A stretch of DNA of 64,000 nt, from contig NC_091473.1 of the NCBI RefSeq assembly GCF_036971445.1, positions 250,914,001-250,978,000 on the forward strand, read 5' to 3'. This DNA is from Narcine bancroftii (Eukaryota). The position numbers and the translations under genes were made by a program. Below, one piece after another: positions 1-10,841 of this stretch. The notes below the pieces were generated by a model. That model ran no database searches, was not told the DNA's origin, and worked only from the letters and a program-made list of their open reading frames with translations. Position 1 is the stretch's first letter, and every line of letters starts with the position of its first letter.

Positions 1-500
1 CAAATTACCAGAAAGAAATTACTAATTGGAAAAAAGCATTGAATAATGGTTCTTTGGCAAAATAATGGTGACAAATAGATATGTTTAAGACCACTTTAAA
101 TTCAGTAGATCAACAAGACAGGGATGCGCATTATCACCATACCAGTTTCCTTTGGCTATTGAACCACTGGCAGAGCTGATAAGAAAAGAACTTACAACAA
201 AGAGAATTAAAGTAAAAGTGGAAGAATTTAAAATTAACATTTTCAGATGATATTAAAGTATATTTAACAGACCCAGACACATCAATAAAAAGGTTATATG
301 CAAAATTGAAAGAATATGGGGCAATCGTTGATAAAAGTGAAGTGATGACAATAAAAAAAGTGGATTATACAAAATGTAAAAAGGAAATCCCTTTAAAATG
401 GCAATCACAGGCTATACCTTACCTAGGTATCATGATAGATGATAATTTAAATCATTTGTATAAATTAAATTAGCAACCATTAATAAGGAAATACAGGAAG
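1..500 (+). mobile_element. L1-clade LINE ORF2 (RT) fragment, degenerate
   Basis: Paralog of 54390-54910, which reads GCPLSPYEFALAIEPL...LFADDIKVYLTDP...YGAISGYKMNIDKSEVM. Confidence 0.8.
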
Positions 501-2060
501 ATTCGACAATGGCTGAAAGGGAGAAGCCAGAGAGTAGTGGTGGATGATTGCTTCTCAGTCTGGATGACTGTGACTAGTGGTGTGCCTCAGGCATCGGTGC
601 TGGGATCATTGTTGTTTGTCATCTATATCAATGATCTGGTTGACAAAGTGATAAATTGGATAAACAAGTTTGCAGATGACACTAAGATTGGAGGTGTTGT
701 GGACAGTGAAGAAGGATTTCAAATCTTGCAGAGGGAACTGGACCAGCTGGTAGAATGGACTGAAAATTGGCAGATGGAATTAAATGCAGACAAGTATGAG
801 GTGTTGTCTTTTGGAGGGACATACATAGAAAGGACATAAACAGTGAATGGTCAGACTCTGAGGATCCAGCGGAACAGAGGGATCAGGAAATACAGATAGT
901 GAATTCCCTAAAAGTGTCATCACATGACGATAGGTCTGCAAATAGAGATTTTGACATATTGGCCTTCATTAACCAAAATATTGAGTGTAGGAGTTGGGAT
1001 GTTATGTTAAAGTTGTATAAGACATTAGTGAGGCCAAATTTGGAGAATTGTGTGCAGTTTTGGTCACATAACACAAGAAAGATATCAATAAGATAGAAAG
1101 TGTGGAGATAAAATTTATAGGATGTTGCTCAAACATCACGGAATAAGATACAAAGTAAGGTGAAACAGGTTAGAACTTTATTCCCTGCAGCATAGAAGAA
1201 TGAGTCTGTTTGATAGAAGTATATAAATTATGATAGTAAATATAGAGATGCTTTTTCCACTGAGAGTAGGTGAGATACAAACCAGAGGATATACGTTTAG
1301 GATGAAAGAGGAAAGCTTTACAGGGAACATTAATGGAAACCTCTTCATACGGAAAGTGGTGGGAGCTGCTAGCTAAAGAGGTGAATGCAGGCTCATTTAT
1401 GAAGAACATGGACAGGTATATAGATGGGGGGTTCATGGAGGCCCATGGAGTGAGAGCAGGTCAGTGGGACTAGGCAAGCACAAATGGTTCAGCACAGTTT
1501 GGAAGGGCTGAAGGGGGCTGATACAGTGCTGTACTGTTCTATGGTTCTAAGGTTTTATGGGAGGTTGAGGCCTTATAAGGCACTGGTGAGACCTCCCCTG
1601 GAGTATTGGGAGCTCTTCATGGAAGAGCTGATGTTGGGAAGGGTCCAGAGGAGGTTCTCACGGATGATTCGGGGGAATGAAAGGGTTATCATATGAGGGG
1701 TGTTTAACAGCTCTCATCCTGTACTCAATGGAATTTAGGAGAATGAGCGTTCTCATTGAAACATTTCAAATGTTGAGAGGTGTGTTCAAAGTAAATGTAG
1801 AAAGGATTTTTCCCCATGGTGGGAAAGTCCAGGACCTCACTTCAGGATTGAAGGGCCTCCACTTAGAACAGAGGTGCAGAGGAATTTCTTCAGCCAGAGT
1901 GTGATAAATCAGTGGAATTTGTTGCCACCGGCACTGGGTGTATTTAGAGCTGAGATTGGTAGGTTCTTCATTACCCATGGCAGTGGGGCTGAGTGGGAAC
2001 ATGGATCAGCTCATGATAAAATGGTGGGGAAGACTCAATGGGCTGGAGCCTATTCCTGAT
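501..2060 (+). mobile_element. CR1-clade LINE 3' fragments (two, end to end)
   Basis: SGVPQASVLGSLLFVIYINDL...KFADDTKIGG and LYKTLVRPNLENCVQFW; a second fragment from ~1560 (YKALVRPPLEY...RNFFSQ). Confidence 0.9.
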
Positions 2061-2269
2061 ACTTTGCCTCCAGTCTGTTCTCGTCTTACACAAAGGGGTG
2101 TGAGCTGAAGTGGAGATTAACCCAAGGCACTGCCCGTCACAATGCAGGGCAGAGGGGTGAATGAGACAGGGTCGAACAATGCAGGGGATAGAATGGTGTA
2201 GGCTGGCCAGGAATGGGCACAATTCTCAGCTGGGGGTGGGGGGCCTAACTCAGTCATGATGATAGATTC

Positions 2270-2490
2270 ACCAACACACTATACAGCACAGTAACAAGCC
2301 CTTCCAGCCAACAAGCCCATCCTGCCCAAATAACCCAATTCACCTACAGCCCCAGTACATTTTGAAGGGTGGAGTTCAACCAGAGGACCTGGAGGATACC
2401 CACGCAGACATGGGGAGACCATACAAGCTGCTTACAGACAGCACCGGATTCCAACCCCAGTTGCTGTAATGGTGATGTGTTAACCGTGAC
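2270..2490 (-). mobile_element. V-SINE-like element (copies ~36425-36645, ~56680-56900)
   Basis: Reverse complement resembles the V-SINE core ...tctccccatgtctgcgtgggtatcctccagg... Confidence 0.6.
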
Positions 2491-2749
2491 AATAAATGTC
2501 CCACCCTACAATTCCGGGACAAGTGGGTGCGTACACGTATGGGAGGGTACATAATGTGGTCACAGTCTGTCCGCGGTACATGAAGACAAGGCTTGGGGTG
2601 GAGAATGCAGTGCCAGTCCAGTGGACAAGCTCTCCTGAAGGACACCGATCTTGTGGAGCACCTGGGAGCTCCACTCATCCAGGAAAGAGGTGGGCACACC
2701 AGAACAATTATGACTGGGGCAATGAAATTTTTGGCGCTGTGGAGAAATG

Positions 2750-2888
2750 AGTTATCAGATAGTTCAGACAGCACAGGAAGTCCATGTCGTGTCAAGAAAG
2801 GAACTGGGCTGTGTGTCTGTTGTGTGAAAGGGGAAGTAGCCAACCTAAAGAGAAGACACGGACCCAGCTGGTGTAATACAGCTTAAAG
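2750..2888 (+). promoter_or_regulatory. Putative TATA-less leukocyte-type proximal promoter (Ets/PU.1 cluster)
   Basis: GGAAGT 2776-2781, GGAACT 2800-2805, AAAGGGGAAGT ~2827-2837, GATA-like TTATCAGATAG ~2752-2762 and E-box CAGCTG ~2866 lie just upstream of the leader ATG. Largely retained in the other two copies. Motif matches only. Confidence 0.35.
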
Positions 2889-2985
2889 ATGGAGGTAGCG
2901 TGGGCTGAATTCACCCACCAGAAACAACCCAGTTATAAGGTTACCATCGCTCTGCTGCTTCTCATCTCTGTTGACCTCTCATCAG
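2889..2985 (+). CDS. Gene 1 leader (signal peptide) exon
   Basis: ATG 2889, MEVAWAEFTHQKQPSYKVTIALLLLISVDLSS(G). Hydrophobic core, then a CAG|GTAAAT donor in phase 1 matching the V exons. Conserved at 37045 and 57301. Confidence 0.8.
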
Positions 2986-3239
2986 GTAAATCATTATATT
3001 TTCATAAACAATGTTCTGTAGCCTTATTCTTAGCTGTTGTTTAGAATCATTCATTTGGGCCATGGTTTTTTTTTAATGTCGGAAGCTGACAAAAGGTAGA
3101 AACATCTGTGTCACAGCCTGCACTGAGTACTGAGTGAAAGATAACTCAATCACAGCCTTGCAGGTTCCTGCACTGACTTCCAGCAGTCGTTGTGGCAGAT
3201 TTATGAGCAGATAATCTGCAATCTCCCTCAAAAACTACC

Positions 3240-3990
3240 CCAGAACCGGAGAAATTTGCAGAGGCCAAGAAACTCAGTTCCATCAGAGACCGGTTCAGAC
3301 AAAGAGAGAAACTGAAAGCAACGTGGAACAGCCACAGAACGAAATTCCGTGGAGAGGAAAGGCAGGATTTCTTCCAAGTCCAGTCGAAGTGGCCACAGTA
3401 CAGAAGCAGAACATTGCCGGAAATCTGCAATAAAAGCAGATCAGGAGAGAAATAGCCTGCAGAGAGAAATCATATTGAGTTTGGATTATTTCCATTAATA
3501 TTTCCATTATTAACAACTCTTTGACAGTATAATCCTTAAAACTTTGTCTCCCTTCCTGGAGACTTGGACACCCAGCCCGAATTGTCACTGGCAGATCAGT
3601 GGCTTGGGACGTTCAAGGTTCCGTGGAAATGGTGTCACTGTTGAGACGCAATCAACCACGATCGAATACCCATTATTCCAAACGCTTCACACCTGCAGAA
3701 CCCCTCCAGCGCTTGCCAAGCCAACTATTTTCATGGTGAGACAGAATAGTCCCAGTTGCAGTCACTCTCCATTAAACCGTGAAAGGTCACACCTCCCCTT
3801 TCCCTCCATCTCCACCGTGGCGAGTCTCCTGTTGTACTCACCTGTGTAAGGAAAAAAGTGGGATGCTGGGAATTACATTTCAGAGGGTTGTCCTTTCCTG
3901 CCATATGGGAGGGGGATGTTTTTAATCCCTATTGGTCCACCAGTCCAGAAATGCAATGGGAGGCCAACGCACGAAGCCCCTTCATCGCCA
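3240..3990. repeat. Locus-specific intronic module X (copies ~7310-8060, 14215-14965, 18025-18635, 37390-38130, 44320-45070, 57655-58262)
   Basis: Shared core gagagaaactgaaagcaacgtggaa...gaaatagcctgcagagagaaat in 7 copies of three sequence classes. I do not recognise it as a known TE. Confidence 0.75.
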
Positions 3991-4069
3991 CCAGCCTTGT
4001 AGTTACACAGTTGAAAATTAAATGAACTAGAATTGTAGAGAGCAGAGAGTGTTGTGAGGAAATCTTGTG

Positions 4070-4990
4070 CAACTCTCGTAAAGAGTGAATACCTGTTATT
4101 TCAATCCATTCCGATTTATATACCACAACATTTTTAAAAAAATATTAAATAACAGCATAAGAAGTTTCTTGTGGATCGCAAAGTCTCCAGTGTTTCTGTG
4201 GAAAAATTAACATGGGATTACAAATTTTTGGGGGGTGGTTGGGGTGGCTACGATTACCTGATTTTAGGGAATATTCCTTAGCCGCCCACTCGAGGCTCCT
4301 CGCATCTTTATTTGAGAGAGTGAACCATCATCATGGGTTAATATAGGATGACACAGCATGATGGAGGGGAAGGCAAAAGATTTCATTTACAAAACAAATA
4401 CCAAATGAATAAATAAAAGAACAGATAACCCCATCCTAAAACATCTGGTAAAGATATGGAAGGAAATTAATGATAAGAGATTGTAATCTCACCAAAAGCA
4501 CCTAAATAAGGAGGGAGTCGGACTTGGTCAGATTTATGTAGGGAAATGGTAACATTGGTGATCATTGTCAGACTAAGATTGGTACAGTATAATTTCTTAC
4601 ACCCATTGTATCTCTATATAATAAAAATTATATAAAGGAAAATCAGAGATATCGGAAATGTGCTTCAAGTGTGGGTGAGAAATGGGTACCTTTATACACG
4701 CCACATGGACCAGCACGAAGGTGAGGCCCTTTTGGTTGGAATTATCTCATATATTAACTATAGAATACACTTCCTGCTGGATCGGGAGCTGTATTTATTG
4801 GGAAACTTAGAGGTCGTGAGCAGATCATTAACTAAATTCCAAATTAAATCTGTAGATATTGCCCTGTCAGGAGTAAAAAAAAGCTCAGCGATCACCTGGA
4901 ACTCTGAATCTCCCTTGCTCATCACTCGGTGGTCCACGGAGATGCACAACTGCCTGTCCATGGAGAAAATAACATATAAGAAATAAATAC
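4070..4990 (+). mobile_element. L1-clade ORF2 C-terminal remnant, duplicated with the V-exon unit (copies ~8100-9020, 11655-11920, 15000-15925, 38200-39125, 41757-42025, 45110-46030)
   Basis: GG-LRLPDF motif and degenerate zinc knuckle (CFKCG...GTFIHATW...VRPFW), with frameshifts and stops. Confidence 0.7.
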
Positions 4991-6492
4991 CATGCTTTTG
5001 CAACCTTATCTCAAGCCCTTTGGTGCACAGCTTTAGCACCAGCCCACAGTTCTAAAAAGCTAACAAAATGCTGAAAGGCTAACAAAATTCACAGCAGTGA
5101 AGCTCCCCGAGGAGTGGAAGTCGGGTACCTGAGGTTCTCTTTTCTTTTTCCCATTTCTCTGTTTGCCACTTTAATTGTTTTAGTTGTGGTTTAGATTTCA
5201 AAGTTCTGGGGCATGAAAGGAAGTTACAAACAAGCAGCATAATGTTGGTATCAGAGAAGTGAATTATACTAAACAAAATTGTAAATACATTAAAAATGGA
5301 TTGTTTCTTCGATGTGATATTATATTTGTTTTGGAAAAATTGAAAAATAAAATTTTCAAGAAAGACTGAGTACCTGGTGATCAGAAACTAATTGTAGCAG
5401 GTAAAATGGAATGAATAACATTCTTCAACTAGATAAACTTCAAATTAAGTATTTGTGCTTCTCGCCTGGTTGAAGGGCAGAGCTCACTTGTAGTTGAGTT
5501 TAGTTTCCCCTGCCAACGTTACTCTCTTTTCCTGGCCTTTCCCAAATAACACAATTGTGAAAACAACGACAACTTTGCTTCATCTTTGTGAAATTAAGCT
5601 TTCTTCTGACAGCAATCAAAAACTTAGGCCATCAATAATTATTGATATGCGTCGTTTCACCATTTTAATGTGCTCGATCCCCCTAACTTTCTAACCTTGC
5701 TACGCCCCAGGGGATAGTGGATGCCTGGTGCTCCCTCTAACTATATTCAACCCAATTCAAATAAATAGCCTGGATGTTTCCCTTATCCTGTAGTGTAGGG
5801 TAATTGTCGGAATGGGGTTGAACATGGTTAGAGGAATGACCAGGCCACCACTCCCTACCTACTCCTTACACTCAGAACCCACTCTTCCTGATGGAGATTG
5901 TCTGGCTCTGTGAGTGTGTCAGGGTCACAGGGATCAGGGGGATAAATAACTCTCATGGTCTTCTTGCACAAGCCCCTTTCCAGCCTGGAACTGGGCCTCA
6001 GGGAAAAAGAGGATCTGACTTAGTGTGGGAGAGACATGTGGGGAGAGAGGAGGCAAATCATTTTTTTTCATTCATTGTGATTCTCTGAGTCAGTGAGGAA
6101 TATCCAGCTGCAGATTTTCTAACTGAACTTTTTTTGGGGGGAAATGGTCTCAAGGAGCAAGTCCACCATTTGTTGCCCATCTCTGCTTGCCGCAAGAGGC
6201 TCGTGCTGAGGTCCCTGTGGAACCCCTGCAGAGATCGCATCCCTAGAACTCACCACAAGAAACAACAGACAAACATGTTGGAAAATCAGGCTGAGGCATT
6301 CTGCTTTCACTCAAACCTGAGGAACAGCTTCGATGAAATGAGAATTCACACCAGGATTAGAATATGGAAGTGCAACATGACGTGGACAAAATCATGAATC
6401 TCCATGAACGGTAGAAATGTCACAATTCTATTGCTAAATTCAGCGTGTGTGGATGCAGTGTGGGTAATTTTTCATCTTTTATGTTCCAACAG

Positions 6493-6807
6493 GTTCAACT
6501 GCAATAACTGGTCCCAAACACGTTAAGGGAGAAGAAGGACAGTCGGTCACTGTGGAATGTCGGTATGATCGGAAATACAGGGACTACAAGAAACAATGGT
6601 GTAGTGGTTATTATAATCTATCAAGTGCTGTTGTTGTTTCAACTGATCGCCCACAAAATGGAAGATCATCGATGACAGATAACAAGGCAGAGGCGATAAT
6701 GTCAGTCACCATAGACAACCTACAGAAGGAAGATGAAGGATTGTACTGGTGTGTGATCGAAAAGATAATCGATGAAAAGTTTTTGATTCACTTGCAAGTT
6801 TCTGAAG
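6493..6807 (+). CDS. Ig V-set exon, type A (gene 1 domain 1)
   Basis: ttccaacAG acceptor and G|GTATGT donor. GSTAITGPKHVKGEEGQSVTVECRYDRKYRDYKKQWC...TIDNLQKEDEGLYWC...IHLQVSE shows the GxSVTxxCxY, KxWC and DxGxYWC motifs of CD300/pIgR-type V domains. Confidence 0.93.
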
Positions 6808-9800
6808 GTATGTTGACAATTCCTCCCCATTTGGCCCAAATTTGAACATTGCACCAGTCACACCCTCCACAATCACACCCATTCCAGTCACAAACACTGG
6901 TGACATCAGCTTTTTGATCACTCCAAATCCAATTATAATTCCCTCGATGGGAAAAGTGATCATTACAGAGTGACTCCCAGGAGCATATCGAGGGAGGTCC
7001 ACATACTGCTAGAAGAGGTGGGATGGTGGGTGGAACAGGTCCGGGTGGAGGGGGGGGGTGCTTAAGTGTTTCCACGAAAGCTTATCCTGTGGTGTCATAG
7101 GATCTGCTTCCCATTCTCGCTTGAGAGGAGGAGAGGAATAGACAGTGGCAAAGCTAGGGTGGGGTGTTGGTTGCAGGAGGGAAATAATGCATTCTACAAG
7201 AGTGGTGCATTTTCAACCATTTTTTAATTCTTTAGTTCCCAAATGCAATAAAAGTCGAATCTCTTTTTCACTATTGGTTCCTTTTACTTGGAATCAATGT
7301 GGAAATAGGGTAGAACTGGAGCGATTTGCAGAGGTTGAGAAACCCAGTTCCAACAGAGACCTGCTCAGACAAAGAGAGAAACTGAAAGCAACGTGGAAGA
7401 GCAACAGAACGAAATTCCGTGGAGAGGAAAGGCAGGATTTCTTCCAGGCGCAGTCGAAGTGGCCAGAGTACAGAAGCAGAACATTGCTGGAAATTTCCAA
7501 TAAGAGCAGATCAGGAAAGAAATAGCCTGCAGAGAGAAATGTATTGAGTTCAAATTTTGTTTCCAATATTAACAACTCTTTGATAGTGTCATCCTTAAAA
7601 CATTTTCTCCTTTCCTGGAGACTTGGTGGACACCCACCCCTACTTCTCATTGGCAGATCAGTGGTTGGGGTCATTCGAGGTTCCATGGAAATGGCCTCAT
7701 ACTTGGAATGGAATCGACCACGATCGAATACCCGTTATTCCAAATACTACAGACCAGCAGAGCAGAACTGTTCCAGCGCTTGCCGAGCCAACCACTTTCA
7801 TGGCCACGCAGAATGGTCCCAATTGCAGTCACTCTCCTCTAAACCATTAAAGGTCACAACTCCCCTCTCCCTCTATCTCCACCGTGGTGAGCCCTCAGTT
7901 GCTCTCACCTGTGCATAGAAAAAATTGGGAATTGCATTTCATAGGCTGTCATTTCCTGCCATATGGGAGGGGGATTATTTTCTAATCCTTATCGACCACT
8001 AGTTCTGAAATGGAATGGGAGACCAATGCCTGAAACCCCTTCATCGCTACCAGCCTTGTGGTTATACAGTTGTAGATAAAATAAACGAGAATTGTAGAGA
8101 GGAGAAAATGTGAGGAAAACATGTGCAACTCTTGTAAAGAGTGAGTACCTGTTATTTCAATCAATTCCGATTTATGAACAACATTTTTAAAATATTAAAT
8201 GACAGCATAAGAACTTTCCTGTAGATCTCTGCGGAAAAATTGACGTGGGATTATAAATTTTGGAGGGGGGGAGCGGAAACTACGATTACCTGATTTTAGG
8301 GTAAATTCCTGAGCCGTCCAGTCGAGGTTCCTTCCATCTTTATTTGAGAGAGTGAACCACCATCATGGGTTAACATAGGACGACCTAGCACGGGAGAGGG
8401 GGAGGTGAAAGATTTCATTTACAAAACAAATACCAAATAAATAAAAGAACAGATAACCCCATCCTAAAACATCTGGTAAAGGTCTGGAAGGAAATTAATG
8501 ATTGGATCGGTAAAGAGATTGTAATCTCACCAATGCACCTTAATTCTGAGGGAGTTGGACTTGGTCAGATTTATGTAGGGAAAGTGTAACATTGGTGATC
8601 AACGCCACAATAAGATGGTACAATATAATTTCTTACACCCATTATATCTCTATATAATAAAAATTATATAAAGGAAAATCAGAGATATCGGAAATGTGCT
8701 TCAGGTGTGGGTGAAAAATGGGTACCTTTATACACTCCACATGGACCTGCCGAAGGTGAGGCCCTTTTGGTTGGAATTATCTCATATATTAACTAAAGAA
8801 CAGACTTCCCGCTGGATCGGGAGCTGTAATTATTGGGAAACCTCAAGGTCGTGGGCAGATTATTAACTAAATTCCAAATTAAATCTGTAGATATTGCCCT
8901 GTCAGGAGTAAAAAAAGCTCAGCGATCACCTGGAACTCTGAATCTCCCTTGCTCATCACTCGGTGGTCCACGGAGATGCACAACTGCCTGTCCATGGAGA
9001 AAATAACATATAAGAAATAAATACCATGCTTTTGCAACCTTATCTCAAGCCCTTTGGTGCACAGCTTTAGCACCAGCCCACAGTTCTAAAAAGCTAACAA
9101 AATGCTGAAAGGCTAACAAAATTCACAGCAGTGAAGCTCCCCGAGGAGTGGAAGTCGGGTACCTGAGGTTCTCTTTTCTTTTTCCCATTTCTCTGTTTGC
9201 CACTTTAATTGTTTTAGTTGTGGTTTAGATTTCAAAGTTCTGGGGCATGAAAGGAAGTTACAAGCAAGCAGCATAATGTTGGTATCAGAGAAGTGATTTA
9301 TACTAAACAAAATTGTAAATACATTAAAAATGGATTGTTTCTTCGATGTGATATTATATTTGTTTTGGAAAAATTGAAAAATAAAATTTTCAAGAAAGAC
9401 TGAGTACCTGGTGATCAGAAACTAATTGTAGCAGGTAAAATGGAATGAATAACATTCTTCAACTAGATAAACTTCAAATTAAGTATTTGTGCTTCTCGCC
9501 TGGTTGAAGGGCAGAGCTCACTTGTAGTTGAGTTTAGTTTCCCCTGCCAACGTTACTCTCTTTTCCTGGCCTTTCCCAAATAACACAATTGTGAAAACAA
9601 CGACAACTTTGCTTCATCTTTGTGAAATTAAGCTTTCTTCTGACAGCAATCAAAAACTTAGGCCATCAATAATTATTGATATGCGTCGTTTCACCATTTT
9701 AATGTGCTCGATCCCCCTAACTTTCTAACCTTGCTACGCCCCAGGGGATAGTGGATGCCTGGTGCTCCCTCTAACTATATTCAACCCAATTCAAATAAAT

Positions 9801-10526
9801 AGCCTGGATGTTTCCCTTATCCTGTAGTGTAGGGTAATTGTCGGAATGGGGTTGAACATGGTTAGAGGAATGACCAGGCCACCACTCCCTACCTACTCCT
9901 TACACTCAGAACCCACTCTTCCTGATGGAGATTGTCTGGCTCTGTGAGTGTGTCAGGGTCACAGGGATCAGGGGGATAAATAACTCTCATGGTCTTCTTG
10001 CACAAGCCCCTTTCCAGCCTGGAACTGGGCCTCAGGGAAAAAGAGGATCTGACTTAGTGTGGGAGAGACATGTGGGGAGAGAGGAGGCAAATCATTTTTT
10101 TTCATTCATTGTGATTCTCTGAGTCAGTGAGGAATATCCAGCTGCAGATTTTCTAACTGAACTTTTTTTGGGGGGAAATGGTCTCAAGGAGCAAGTCCAC
10201 CATTTGTTGCCCATCTCTGCTTGCCGCAAGAGGCTCGTGCTGAGGTCCCTGTGGAACCCCTGCAGAGATCGCATCCCTAGAACTCACCACAAGAAACAAC
10301 AGACAAACATGTTGGAAAATCAGGCTGAGGCATTCTGCTTTCACTCAAACCTGAGGAACAGCTTCGATGAAATGAAAATTCACACCAGGATTAGAATATT
10401 GAAGTGCAACATGACGTGAACAAAATCATGAATCTCCATGAACAGTAAAAATGCCACAGTTCTATTGCTAATTTCAGCGTGTGTGGATGCAGTGTGGGTA
10501 ATCTTTCATCTTTTACGTTCAAACAG

Positions 10527-10841
10527 GTTCAACTGCAATAACTGGTCCCAAACAAGTTAAGGGAGAAGAAGGACAGTCGGTCACTATGGAATGTCGGTAT
10601 AATCGGAAATACAGGGACTACAAGAAACAATGGTGTAGGGGTCATTATTATGTATTTAGTTCTCCTTTGGTTTCAACTGAACGCCCACAACATGGAAGAT
10701 TATCAATGACTGATAACATGGCAAAAGGGATACTGTCATTCACCATAGACAACCTACAGAAGAAAGATAAAGGAAGGTACTGGTGTGGGATCGATAAGTA
10801 TATCGATGAAAAGTTTCCCATTGATTTGGAAGTTTATGAAG
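10527..10841 (+). CDS. Ig V-set exon, type B (gene 1 domain 2)
   Basis: aaacAG acceptor, G|GTACAT donor, 315 nt open. ...ECRYNRKYRDYKKQWCRGHYYVFSSPLVST...DKGRYWCGIDKYIDEKFPIDLEVYE. Confidence 0.92.

Noticed and set aside
6119-6310. Minus-strand ORF with signal-peptide-like start (MKAECLSLIFQHVCLLFLVV…)
   Set aside because: It starts at GTG, its length varies between copies through frameshifts, and it has no recognisable domain. Recurrence is explained by segmental duplication.
6552-6845. 97-aa ORFs (MECRY…) as standalone genes
   Set aside because: They start mid-domain and run past the donor into the intron; they are partial views of spliced exons.
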